A program made the position numbers and the translations under genes. A stretch of 61,005 nt of DNA from a virus (Duplodnaviria; Caudoviricetes), in the IMG/VR virus record IMGVR_UViG_3300042476_000679, positions 1-61,005 of that record. One strand, given 5' to 3'. How positions within the stretch are numbered: the first letter of the stretch is position 1; every line of letters begins with the position of its first letter. Under the pieces are notes generated by a model. It searched no databases, was not told where the DNA came from, and was given only the letters and a program-made list of their open reading frames with translations. Below are positions 38,876 through 48,994 of this stretch, piece after piece.

Positions 38876-41800
38876 TTATTTAGAAACTCCCTTGGCACCA
38901 CTACCTTTAACACGACCTTCTGTTGCGGCAGATGTTTCATTTCTTAATTCTTCTATCTTGGGCATAACTAATGCTACGGCCAATTCTTGTAGGCGCTTCT
39001 CTAGTGTTGTTATAGACGCCGCTCCTGTCATATCTATTTGTACATTATGGTTTAATTCTATCTTGTCGGGGATTACGGGGAATTGGAATCCTACTAATTT
39101 ATCTACATAACTACCAAAAGTGGTATTAAAGTCATTGAGTCCTTTAAGAGATGCTGGATCTAATGTTAGTAGTTGTCCGGTAGTCATTGTATTGGTCGCT
39201 TCACCATTTGTAACATTCACTGCTGTTCCGCCAGTTTCAGCAGTTTGTACTTGGCGAGTATATTCTACTGGTTGTGGTAAATTACTTGGTACTGGTACTG
39301 GTTGTGGTGTCTCTGGTTGTCTTAGGCGTTGAACAAACGGGTGGTTGGGATCAACACCACTGCTCATTTGCGCAGACAGTTGCGCATCTCCACTCGCATA
39401 AGGATTAAGTTGTTCGGATTGTTGCTGTTGAGATTGTTGTGCTATTGCCGCTTGTTGTTCTATAGCTGCTAGTCTTTGTTTTTCTACTGTGATTTGTTCA
39501 TTAATACTAGCTAGATCTTGTTTAGCACTATCAAAACTTGCTTGTGCGGCAGCTAGAGTTGGACTAGTTTCTGTGGTTCCTGCTGCATATGCTGCTATTT
39601 TTGCCGCCTTGAGTGTTTTTTCTTTTTTAATAATTTCTGCTTGTTTGTCAGCTCTTGATCGTTCTAAGGTATCTAAAGACACCATAGGTACAGAGGATAC
39701 AGTAGTTCCATAAGTTTGTGGTTGGGTATTGGCTTGTGTTTGTGGTCGAGTAACAGTAGCTGCTGCTGTTCCTGGCGCTGGAGGCGCCTGAATAACTGTT
39801 GGTCTATTACCCATTCTAGCTGCTTCGCTCTGTTTTTTAGCTTCGGTAGCTTTGGCTTCTCTTGCTTTTTTCTCTTCTGCTGCTTGAGCCGCCTTAGCTT
39901 CTTGTCTAGTTTTTTCTTCTTCAGCAACTGTTGAGGATGATGCCACAAATTCTGACTTAGCTTCATCCATATTTTTTTGTTCCTGATCAGATTGTTCTTG
40001 TAGTTCTCTGATTTTACGTTTTCTTCTAGCAACTTCAGTAGATGCTCCTTGTTCCCATCCAACCTTGGATTCTGCTTCTTTGAGTTTCTTTTCTTCTGTT
40101 GCGATTTTAGCGTCTATTTGTTGTTTTTTCTTACCCGCTTCTTCATATTTTTTATTAGCTGCGGCTTGATTTTTCTGTGCTTCTGTAGGAGCCGCGCCAG
40201 TTTCTGGTTGGGTAGCAGCATCTGCTCTAGATTCTTTTACAGCTTCTGCAAGAATTCTAGGAAATTCATTTGCCAAGAATGTGACTAATCCTGTCATAGC
40301 TTCTTGAATTTGTAATGATTTAATTTCTTCAAGTCTTTTGAGTTCTTCATTAGCCTTGATTTGTGTATCAACAGCTTCCCTATAGGCTACAACATTAGGA
40401 TCAAGCTCGCTAACTCCACCCTTCATTCTTTCAATTAATTGATCCAGAGTAAATTCCTTGCCACCAATCTTTTTAACAACATCACCACCTTTGAATCCTT
40501 GTGCCTCAAAAGATTTTCTCGTCAAATCAGCCTGAATATCTTTGAATTCTTGTGGGGTTAAAAAGCCCTTAGCTTGTTCTAATCCTGCAAATGCTTGTTG
40601 TCTATTAAAGCGACTTTGCATAAATTCTGGACCAGCAGCTTGTGCAGCATTAAGAGCTGCTGCCTCAATTTCCATCTTAGCTAATTGTTGTGGTTCAGCG
40701 GTAAATACATTCTGTGCAAAAGCAGCAAATCCCTCTAGTGCTTGTTGTTCTTCTTGAATTTTAGATAATGCATTAGCGGCTTTAGTACCATCATTAGCTA
40801 GTCTTTCTAGCGCTTGACGGCTTTGATTAATAGCAACATTATTAGCACCAATAGCGGCTATGTTTGCTTGTTGTTCTTTTAGTAGTTCAGCACCCGAATT
40901 AGCCCCAACAGCACCTTGCATACCGGTAGTACCTAGTGCTACATTAGCAGCCTCTAGTTGTGTGTTTTGTCTAGTAGCGGCTATAATACCATTAGCAATT
41001 TCTGTAGGATCTGTAGTTCCACCAGGAATTAATCTCTTAGTTAAATCTTTAATTTCAAAATCAAATGGTTGATTAAGTTCTCTTAGAGTGGGACTTCTAC
41101 CGAGCGCTCTAGCTAAATCTAATTCTGCTGTTAATCTTATACTACCGGCCTTACGTAAATATTCATCAGCCTGCATAATACTTTCATTATATTGATTTTG
41201 TAGATCAATGCTCTGTTGTAAGGCATCATTATATGTCTTAGCCAAATTTTGCATTGTTTTGAGAGCTTCTTGAGCAGTACTCGATATCTGATCAATTCCA
41301 CCCTTTTCAATTTCACTAGCTAATGTTCCTAGCCCACCCTCACGATCTGCTCCTAATTGTACTTCTACGTCCTTAAGCATTTGATTAATTGCATCACTAT
41401 TTAATCCCATACCTTGGAATTGACTTCTAAGAGTATCCATAATTTTACCAGCATCAGCATCTGGTGCTCTTAACATTGCTGGTAATTTATCTTGTAAGAA
41501 CTTGGCAGCTTCGGCCTGTTTACCTAATGCCTGAGCCTCTGTTCCACCTCCTAATTTACCAACCATTTCTTGAGTAGCCGCTTGCACTTCTTGTGGAGAA
41601 TATGCTGAAATATTACCAAGAACTCTTTCTGCTCCTCTTCTATCTACTTTGGATACTTCTGATTTACCACTTAAGCTATTAATAGTGGCTTGATTAATAT
41701 TTAACATATCTCCAATTTCATCACTAAATCTTTGTGCTTTGGCTGTAACTCGTCTATAAACATCTAATAAACTTTCTGTGGCCAATGCTACTTCTTTTGT

Positions 41801-44800
41801 TGCTCGTGCTAATAATTGTTGTTTAGCTAATAATTCAGCATCTATTCTTAATTTTTCATTTCCTTCTTTAAGTGCGGCCGCTCTGTCTTTTTCAAGTTCT
41901 TTTTGTATTTGCTCGTCTGATGCTCCAGACTGTTTGCGTTTTTGCACATATGCATCTAGAGCAGCTCTTTCTGATTCTCTGGCTCTAATACCTTCTTTTT
42001 GTTTTTCTGTTAATCTACCATTTGCTTCAGCAGCTTTTATAGCACCGTCTTGATATGCTTTAACTAATGGATTTAATTCATTACTACCAGCCTTTAGACT
42101 ATCATATATTTTACCCAAATCTTCTGTAGAAGTTTGTTTCCCTTGTACTTCAGCAAACCTAGTAGCAGCCTTGATATTACCTTCAGATTGTCCTATTCTG
42201 GCTTTAAGAGCTTCTTGTTTATTGCCATAAACTCCATAAGCAGCATAACCACCAGCAGCGATACCTCCAATAGCCGCACCAATAGCTGTTCCAATCACTG
42301 GGATCATACTGCCAATTGCAGCTCCTGTAGCCGCTCCTGCCAAAGCTGTGCCACCAACATTAACAGCATTTTCTCCTGTCATATAAGAACCAAATGACAT
42401 TGATTCTAGCTCGTTTTGAGCAGTAAGTACTTCGCCAAATGCTTTTTGTGCATTAGCTAGATTAGACGATGTAAATGATGATTCAAGCTGTTTAAATGCG
42501 GTATCTAGATCTCCACTTGATTTAGCAATATTTTCTAATGCATTTGTAATAATAGCTTGATTTTTTGCATTGAAGAACCCTTGGATACCTCCAATAATTG
42601 CTCCACCAATACCACCTATTACTTCTCCAAATGGTAATCCTGATAGTAATTGAGCACCAGCCGCCGCGCCACTACCAGCTCCGCTTAGTGCTCCAAGTGC
42701 TCCTGCTGTATTAGGGTCTGCGGCCATAGACTTCGGTAATGCTTGCTTTAATACATTTGCGCCAATTGCTACTGATGCTCCTACTCCTCTAAATCCTCCG
42801 GCTTTAGCAAAAGTTTGACTTAATATTCCGCCCTTACCCTGAGCAAAATCTGTGGCACCACCAAGAGCTTGTCCTAGTTTTGTTCCTGCTGCTTTTTTGG
42901 CTAAATCAGGAGCCAACTGAGCAAAAAGCCCCATTCTTTGGCCTTCACGGCTTTGTATAAATTGTTGACGCTCAACCATTTTGGCGCCAGCGCCTTGGCC
43001 AAACTGCCTCCTTACCATCTCAATATCTTGATTTGTTTCTTTAGCAAAATTTTGCATGGAAATTTCCATTGCTTCTGCTGCCGTAATAGTTTCTCCAAGT
43101 TTATCTGATAAGGCTTGTTGTGCCGCCTCTAGATCTCCAGCCGCTAAAGCATCTGCTGCTGTTTTAGCTCCTGCGGCCAATTGATTCATACCTTCCTGAG
43201 TAGCAGCCAAATCTGGTCTCAAAGCGACCATTTGTTGTAGTATTCCTTCTTGTTCCATAGCTAATCTACTTTGAGCATCGGCGAGTCTCGTGGCTGCCGC
43301 TACTGCTTCTGCGGAACCCGCTGGTGCTGCTGCAAGCTGTGCCTCTGCTTCTTTTATAGATCCGCCAATTTTCATAGCGGTATCTCTTCTCGTTGCTAAA
43401 CTAGCTTGTGTTTCTGTTAATTTACCACGATAAAATTCTTTATTTTGAAAAGAAGCTTTACCTAGTTGTTGTGCTTGAGCTAATTTAACTGCTTGAACTG
43501 AGGTACCTTGTTGTTCTGCCTTATATCTATAGTATTGTTCATCTGCAAATGCTTGTTGTCTTTTCTTTTTGGCGTCAGGATCCTCTGGACCCATACCAAA
43601 TGGTGAAGTTTTGGCCTGTTCTCTTTGTAAATCTGCTGCTTGTTTAGCATCATAAAATGGATCTGTAGCTCTTGCTTTATCACTACGAAATTGTGCAACT
43701 TGAGCTTTTTTCTGTTCTGCTATTTGTTCTGGTACAGCCGCTTGTTTTTGTGCTACCTCTGTTTTGAGTCCGGATTCTAGAGACTGTTTAGCATCGGCTA
43801 CCGCTGCTCTATACTCTGCTATAACAGCAGATACATCTCCACCCTCACTTTTTACTTGTTTATATCGTTCACTATAAAAAGCTTTGAGACTCTGGCTTTC
43901 TTCATTATATAATTGTTGATATTTTGCTTTAGCCTCTTTAGCTACAACCGCCATAGCTGATTGAATTTGAGTATCAAAAGCTTTGGTATCAGTAGCTTTT
44001 CTTTCTTCAATTTGTGGAGTTTGTCGGCCGACAACATAATCTTGTACAGCTTTTTGAGATGCTGCTTTAGATTCCGCTGTAAGAGTTTCTTTAGCTTGTG
44101 ATTTTTTAAGAATACGCGCACTAATTATATTAGTAAATATATCGTTTAATTCATCACTACTAATTTTCCCTTCAAAAAATTCTTGAGATGCCTGCTCTTC
44201 TAAATTATTATAGAACTCATCTATTTTTTGTTTTTGTTCTTTATATAGTTTTCTATAGTTGGATATAACCTCTGCTTCTATTTTTGCAATATTTTCGGCG
44301 CCTTGTGGCCTAGCCATCACATCTCTTTTTCTACTTGCACCAGCACCAAAGTCAGGTCTTGGCGCTCCTACCGCACGAGCTTCTTCTCGTGTTATATCAC
44401 CACGAGATCGTGCAGTATAAGCTTCTTTTCTTCTTTTTCGTTCTTCTTTACTTAAGCGTCCTACATTACCACCATCCTCAAATCTTTGAATACCACCAAC
44501 AACACCACCTTTGTTATACCCTTTCACACCAATTTTATCTGCTTGATTAAGTTTATGTAATCTACTATAACCAATACGTTTAGCAGCGTTTTTATTAACA
44601 ACAAATTCTCCAGGAGTTAATAGTGCTGGGACAGTATCTTGTACTGATCCCCCAATAGCAAATTTAGCAAAATAATTCCTAAAGTTAGCTCTTGCTTTAC
44701 TAAGACCTCCCTTTACATCTCTTTTTACTTCTGTGGGAATAGCTGGATCAATACCAAATAAACTGGCTGCACTACCCAAACCAGAGGCATAGTCTACAGA

Positions 44801-47752
44801 TCTATCGTCTAGTCTACCAGGATTAGCACCGGCTTTCGCTAAAATAGCTTCAATCATATATCCTTCTAAATTGCCCAAACCCAAAGCTTCTTTTGTAGGA
44901 TCGTCCAGTGATAGTGGAGATCTACCATACAAGGCTTGTGTACCACGACCTAATGCTTCGTCGATTTCTTGTCTAATACGATAGATTTCTTCTGCTTTTG
45001 ACTTGGGTAATGATTTAGTATTAATTTCTAATATTCGTCCAGCAATATCTTCATAATGCTTAGTGTCAATATCAAATGGAAACATTCCAACCAATCCAAC
45101 TTTTGTAGCACTAGCTTTTTCTTCTTCTGTAAATATTCTAGCTCTCTTTTTTGTACTCTCAGCAACTTCTAATAATCCTTCTATTGCAGATAAGTAAGGT
45201 CCTGATCTATTACTTAATAAGAAGTTTTTACTAAATATTTCTTTACTCGTTACAGGCTTACCAGTACTACTTATAGAACCTAAGACTTGATTTATACGAT
45301 CGTTTCCACCAACTAATCCTCTTACAGTTTGTGCAGTTCCTAATTCTGTTACCCATTCATAAATTTCTTCTGCTGTCAGTGGCTCTGCTGTGCCACCTTC
45401 CTTAAATTTTTGTACTAGTCCACCCAAAGAGAGTTTACTAAATTTGCTTAAACTTTTTGGATAATATGTGTATATTCTTTTATTAGGACGATATAATCCA
45501 GCTCCAATTAATTTTGCTAACATGGTTTCATTATTGTTTCCTTTTATAAAACCAGTTTCTTGATCTCTAGCATATCCTTCATCTGGTCTTAAAAATTTAG
45601 CCTCCCCTGGTTTACTAGGATAGTCTAAAAATTTATTACCACCAGCTATGGATAATCCATATTTTTTACCAACAGCAATTTCAAAATTTTTCCAATTGGG
45701 TATAGTAGGAGATTTTTGTTTACGTCTCCTCATATCTTTCAAAATATCATTATCATCAACTGGTATTGGTTGAATATTTGCTGCATATTTTTGATTATTG
45801 TCTACAATACCAGATAATGATCTATAAGTATTTTTTAATTTTTTACCAGTTAATTCTACTTTACCACCAAGAGCATATTTATTTATTTGATGTAGATTTC
45901 CAGCACCAAGTTTTTCAACAGCTTTCTTTCGTATAACAAATTCTCCTGGCATTAATTTTGCTGGCACAGTATCTCTGTTTCCACTTCCCGGCACAAGACC
46001 ACCGCGAGCAAAACCCATAACTTTGCCACCACCATTGAGTGTTGTTGCTCCTCTAGATCTGATAGTATTTTCTAAAGAATTTACTGTACTAGTTAATCCT
46101 CTCAAAGCATCAGTATTAAGTCTTATGGCATCAGCAGCTTTAGCTGTCGCTTCACTAGTTTGTTTTTCTTTAGCGCCACTAAGGCTTTCTCCTATATTTT
46201 TACCTGTGGCACCAGCACCACCACCTTTTGTGATACCACCAAAAAATCCTGTTCCAAATTCGCCCAAAGCTTTAACACCCTTAATTGTAGCTAAAATAGC
46301 TAAAAATGGTAGAATGGGCTTAAAAGCACTCGCCAAACTAATAAATGCGCTAGTTAATCCTAAGACAATCGTAGTGATCGCTTTAAAGGTTGTACTCTGT
46401 CCTATGTCTCTAAAAAGTGCTAAAAACTGTTCGCGCACTTTCGCTATTTGATTTGCTAAACTTTTCTGAGCAGTAAGTTGGGCATCTGTGAGGCTAGACT
46501 GACCCGTTTGTGCAACCTTAAGGGCCTTCTGTGCTTCTGCAAATTGTTGAATCAATGGAATAACTTTACCAATTTGTCGAAATCCACCAAGTTCTTCTAC
46601 TATTTGTGTAAATCTTAAGTCTCTAGGATCTAACTGCTTTAATCCCTCGCTTAATCTTCTAGTAGCTTCATATGGACCAACGAATTTCCCTTCTAAGTCT
46701 GTAAGAACAACACCATATTCTTTTAAGGCTTCAATAGTTCCTTTACGTTGAATTCTGGTAAAAATAGTTCTTAATCCAGTAGCAATGGTCTCTGCGCTTT
46801 CACGAGTAGTAGCACGAACACTAGTAAATACAGAAATAAATTCATTTAGCGCATCTTTACCCTCACTAACGCCCTTACTAGCTGAAGCAAACACACCACC
46901 GGTTCGTTGAATAGCAACGATAATATCTCGTGATTCTACAGCGAATGCCGCAGCAACAGCATTAATACTACCTAGTGCTGCCTCTAAATCTTTAGCTTGC
47001 AAACCAAACTGTCTAAGTGCTGCAATTGCACCTTCTGTGGTATCTGTCAAATTATCGAATGATGGTGCCAATTCTGTCTTAGCTAAAGCCGCTAGTGCTA
47101 TACGGGTTTCCTCAGCATTTAAACCAGCCTGAGCAAGGGTACTAGCAACAGTTGTCAAGCTTTCACTACTCACACCTAAACTAGTAGCTAGATTAGTAAT
47201 TTGGGCTTGTAGTTGCTTTAAACCAATTTCGCTTTTACCGGTAACTTGTTGTAGTTTAACTAATTCTCTATCGAAAGTTACAAAAGAAGTAAACGCACTG
47301 TTAATAGCATTGATAACTTTAAAAACCACATTTGTAACAACGCTAAAAGCAGCAAAACGCCTAATTGCTAATGCGCCCTGTTTGCCAAACTCTTGCATTT
47401 CTGTTGTGGCTTGTTTAATATTTTTACTAATAGCCTGAGCATTAGCTGCTGTATTTGTCATTGATACAGATACTTTATTATTAACAGAACCGGCGTTATT
47501 TAAGGTACCAGATAGTTGTTGCATCGCTTTATTTAATGTGATAGTATTGTCTCTAGCCGCAGCCAAAACAGCATTCATAGACTTTAATTTTGCAGAAACG
47601 GAGTCTATGGATCTTGCTGATTGAGCATTAAGTTTAACATCTACATTTGCACTAACTGTACCCAACTCTCGCCTAATTTGTGCCACAACAGGCTTAAGGT
47701 TTGATGGGCCTTGTAAGTTAATTTGTGCTGTTAGATTAAAACCTTTGGCCAT
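38876..47752 (-). CDS. Tail tape measure protein (TP901-like core) with internal cargo domains
   Basis: 2958 aa, Ala/Gln-rich and helical. TP901-type core (FDREL..LQQVTG, LAQAG, ESAETIATGLRTIFTRI), hydrophobic segments, FAxGG..DTVPA.L.PGEFV modules. Lies between the chaperones and the tip genes. Confidence 0.92.
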   Translation of the reverse strand: MAKGFNLTAQINLQGPSNLKPVVAQIRRELGTVSANVDVKLNAQSARSIDSVSAKLKSMNAVLAAARDNTITLNKAMQQLSGTLNNAGSVNNKVSVSMTNTAANAQAISKNIKQATTEMQEFGKQGALAIRRFAAFSVVTNVVFKVINAINSAFTSFVTFDRELVKLQQVTGKSEIGLKQLQAQITNLATSLGVSSESLTTVASTLAQAGLNAEETRIALAALAKTELAPSFDNLTDTTEGAIAALRQFGLQAKDLEAALGSINAVAAAFAVESRDIIVAIQRTGGVFASASKGVSEGKDALNEFISVFTSVRATTRESAETIATGLRTIFTRIQRKGTIEALKEYGVVLTDLEGKFVGPYEATRRLSEGLKQLDPRDLRFTQIVEELGGFRQIGKVIPLIQQFAEAQKALKVAQTGQSSLTDAQLTAQKSLANQIAKVREQFLALFRDIGQSTTFKAITTIVLGLTSAFISLASAFKPILPFLAILATIKGVKALGEFGTGFFGGITKGGGAGATGKNIGESLSGAKEKQTSEATAKAADAIRLNTDALRGLTSTVNSLENTIRSRGATTLNGGGKVMGFARGGLVPGSGNRDTVPAKLMPGEFVIRKKAVEKLGAGNLHQINKYALGGKVELTGKKLKNTYRSLSGIVDNNQKYAANIQPIPVDDNDILKDMRRRKQKSPTIPNWKNFEIAVGKKYGLSIAGGNKFLDYPSKPGEAKFLRPDEGYARDQETGFIKGNNNETMLAKLIGAGLYRPNKRIYTYYPKSLSKFSKLSLGGLVQKFKEGGTAEPLTAEEIYEWVTELGTAQTVRGLVGGNDRINQVLGSISSTGKPVTSKEIFSKNFLLSNRSGPYLSAIEGLLEVAESTKKRARIFTEEEKASATKVGLVGMFPFDIDTKHYEDIAGRILEINTKSLPKSKAEEIYRIRQEIDEALGRGTQALYGRSPLSLDDPTKEALGLGNLEGYMIEAILAKAGANPGRLDDRSVDYASGLGSAASLFGIDPAIPTEVKRDVKGGLSKARANFRNYFAKFAIGGSVQDTVPALLTPGEFVVNKNAAKRIGYSRLHKLNQADKIGVKGYNKGGVVGGIQRFEDGGNVGRLSKEERKRRKEAYTARSRGDITREEARAVGAPRPDFGAGASRKRDVMARPQGAENIAKIEAEVISNYRKLYKEQKQKIDEFYNNLEEQASQEFFEGKISSDELNDIFTNIISARILKKSQAKETLTAESKAASQKAVQDYVVGRQTPQIEERKATDTKAFDTQIQSAMAVVAKEAKAKYQQLYNEESQSLKAFYSERYKQVKSEGGDVSAVIAEYRAAVADAKQSLESGLKTEVAQKQAAVPEQIAEQKKAQVAQFRSDKARATDPFYDAKQAADLQREQAKTSPFGMGPEDPDAKKKRQQAFADEQYYRYKAEQQGTSVQAVKLAQAQQLGKASFQNKEFYRGKLTETQASLATRRDTAMKIGGSIKEAEAQLAAAPAGSAEAVAAATRLADAQSRLAMEQEGILQQMVALRPDLAATQEGMNQLAAGAKTAADALAAGDLEAAQQALSDKLGETITAAEAMEISMQNFAKETNQDIEMVRRQFGQGAGAKMVERQQFIQSREGQRMGLFAQLAPDLAKKAAGTKLGQALGGATDFAQGKGGILSQTFAKAGGFRGVGASVAIGANVLKQALPKSMAADPNTAGALGALSGAGSGAAAGAQLLSGLPFGEVIGGIGGAIIGGIQGFFNAKNQAIITNALENIAKSSGDLDTAFKQLESSFTSSNLANAQKAFGEVLTAQNELESMSFGSYMTGENAVNVGGTALAGAATGAAIGSMIPVIGTAIGAAIGGIAAGGYAAYGVYGNKQEALKARIGQSEGNIKAATRFAEVQGKQTSTEDLGKIYDSLKAGSNELNPLVKAYQDGAIKAAEANGRLTEKQKEGIRARESERAALDAYVQKRKQSGASDEQIQKELEKDRAAALKEGNEKLRIDAELLAKQQLLARATKEVALATESLLDVYRRVTAKAQRFSDEIGDMLNINQATINSLSGKSEVSKVDRRGAERVLGNISAYSPQEVQAATQEMVGKLGGGTEAQALGKQAEAAKFLQDKLPAMLRAPDADAGKIMDTLRSQFQGMGLNSDAINQMLKDVEVQLGADREGGLGTLASEIEKGGIDQISSTAQEALKTMQNLAKTYNDALQQSIDLQNQYNESIMQADEYLRKAGSIRLTAELDLARALGRSPTLRELNQPFDFEIKDLTKRLIPGGTTDPTEIANGIIAATRQNTQLEAANVALGTTGMQGAVGANSGAELLKEQQANIAAIGANNVAINQSRQALERLANDGTKAANALSKIQEEQQALEGFAAFAQNVFTAEPQQLAKMEIEAAALNAAQAAGPEFMQSRFNRQQAFAGLEQAKGFLTPQEFKDIQADLTRKSFEAQGFKGGDVVKKIGGKEFTLDQLIERMKGGVSELDPNVVAYREAVDTQIKANEELKRLEEIKSLQIQEAMTGLVTFLANEFPRILAEAVKESRADAATQPETGAAPTEAQKNQAAANKKYEEAGKKKQQIDAKIATEEKKLKEAESKVGWEQGASTEVARRKRKIRELQEQSDQEQKNMDEAKSEFVASSSTVAEEEKTRQEAKAAQAAEEKKAREAKATEAKKQSEAARMGNRPTVIQAPPAPGTAAATVTRPQTQANTQPQTYGTTVSSVPMVSLDTLERSRADKQAEIIKKEKTLKAAKIAAYAAGTTETSPTLAAAQASFDSAKQDLASINEQITVEKQRLAAIEQQAAIAQQSQQQQSEQLNPYASGDAQLSAQMSSGVDPNHPFVQRLRQPETPQPVPVPSNLPQPVEYTRQVQTAETGGTAVNVTNGEATNTMTTGQLLTLDPASLKGLNDFNTTFGSYVDKLVGFQFPVIPDKIELNHNVQIDMTGAASITTLEKRLQELAVALVMPKIEELRNETSAATEGRVKGSGAKGVSK

Positions 47753-47765
47753 AATTTAGCTTTCT

Positions 47766-47805
47766 AAATAAAAATCCCCACATTACCATAAAGATAGTGT
47801 GGGGA
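47766..47805 (-). terminator. Hairpin + U-tract between the chaperone gene and the TMP
   Basis: Minus strand reads TCCCCACACTATC-tttat-GGTAATGTGGGGA-TTTTTATTT. Confidence 0.6.
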
Positions 47806-47836
47806 AATTAGGTTAAAAATGTCTATTATATAGAAT

Positions 47837-48709
47837 TCAGGATGAACTTGGATTGTCTTTAACTTCTTCTGGTTGTTGAGCATCACTCTTTGTTTCCTTA
47901 ATTGATTCTGATTCATTCAAAATAATTGGCTTACCATTTTCATCTAAGAATGGGGAAAATTCTACTATGTAATCTCCAGACTGATCAACTAAATTGCCAT
48001 TTTTATCAATAAATTCTCCTTTATCATTGATAAATCTGCCATTTTCATCAACCAATCTTCCTTGCTCATCAACTAATTTACCTTCTTTATTAATTAAACG
48101 TAACTTACTATCAACAAATTTATACTGTTTTAGAAACTTATTCTCTGGTAATTTTTCTTCATAATTATCGTCCAAACCATATAGCATATTAGCCAAATTT
48201 TGAGCAGCTAAAATTGCTATGGGATCTGATGATCTGTTGTTATAGTCCTCATAACTCTTAAAATACTGCTCTTTAGTATCATTATACACCGTGCATGCTG
48301 AAACTAAATAATTAAATCTAGCATTATCGGCTTGACCTTCTGCGGTATGTGTATCAAGATTCGTTTTAACAGCTATTAGCTCTCTAATATCTTCTCTGGT
48401 TTTTTTCATTTTTAGTGCTAGTTCTTTAGCCGCCAATAATGAAATTCCACCCTTGGCCAGTTGACGTTCACCATCTAAAATTTCAGACTGTAATTCTGTA
48501 AATTTAGCCTGTTTAATATTATCCCATAAACCCTGTTCTACTAAAAGATCATCTAATTTGGCCCTTACAACAGCTTTAGCTTTAAGAGCTTCGCTGAAGC
48601 TTTGATTATATACCTTGGTAGCTTCTTTTTGATCATGTAAAGATGGTGATCTGACTATGAATTCTTTTTCTTTGCCATCCACAAACCCTTTAAATACTTT
48701 AGTTTTCAT
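47837..48709 (-). CDS. Putative tail assembly chaperone
   Basis: Directly upstream of the TMP, helical, with C-terminal 7-aa DxxG repeats. Confidence 0.55.
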   Translation of the reverse strand: MKTKVFKGFVDGKEKEFIVRSPSLHDQKEATKVYNQSFSEALKAKAVVRAKLDDLLVEQGLWDNIKQAKFTELQSEILDGERQLAKGGISLLAAKELALKMKKTREDIRELIAVKTNLDTHTAEGQADNARFNYLVSACTVYNDTKEQYFKSYEDYNNRSSDPIAILAAQNLANMLYGLDDNYEEKLPENKFLKQYKFVDSKLRLINKEGKLVDEQGRLVDENGRFINDKGEFIDKNGNLVDQSGDYIVEFSPFLDENGKPIILNESESIKETKSDAQQPEEVKDNPSSS

Positions 48710-48992
48710 ATGAGTCCTCTCTGTTATTATAGAATTTATACTTGTATTTAATGTTGCCTTGATTTTTAGATAAATCAGATATAGCTTTTCTTAATTGATT
48801 ATTACCATTATTAAGTATTTGATTTCTTACCAAATCCCAGCGATCTAGAAAATCTAATTCTCTATCTGTTAATTCTTTTTCATCCTTTTCGTGTCCCCAC
48901 AAATAACCAAAAGCTTTCTCAAATTCAAATAATGCCCCAATCATGGTTGTTTGAAATCTTTTAGTCAAAATAATCTTACTATCATTATCCAT
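48699..48992 (-). CDS. Hypothetical protein
   Basis: 97-aa ORF between the chaperone-like genes. Confidence 0.65.
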   Translation of the reverse strand: MDNDSKIILTKRFQTTMIGALFEFEKAFGYLWGHEKDEKELTDRELDFLDRWDLVRNQILNNGNNQLRKAISDLSKNQGNIKYKYKFYNNREDSYEN

Positions 48993-48994
48993 AA

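Noticed and set aside
38892-46451. Numerous short antisense ORFs within the TMP and other long genes
   Set aside because: They are shadow ORFs without SD or recognisable motifs.
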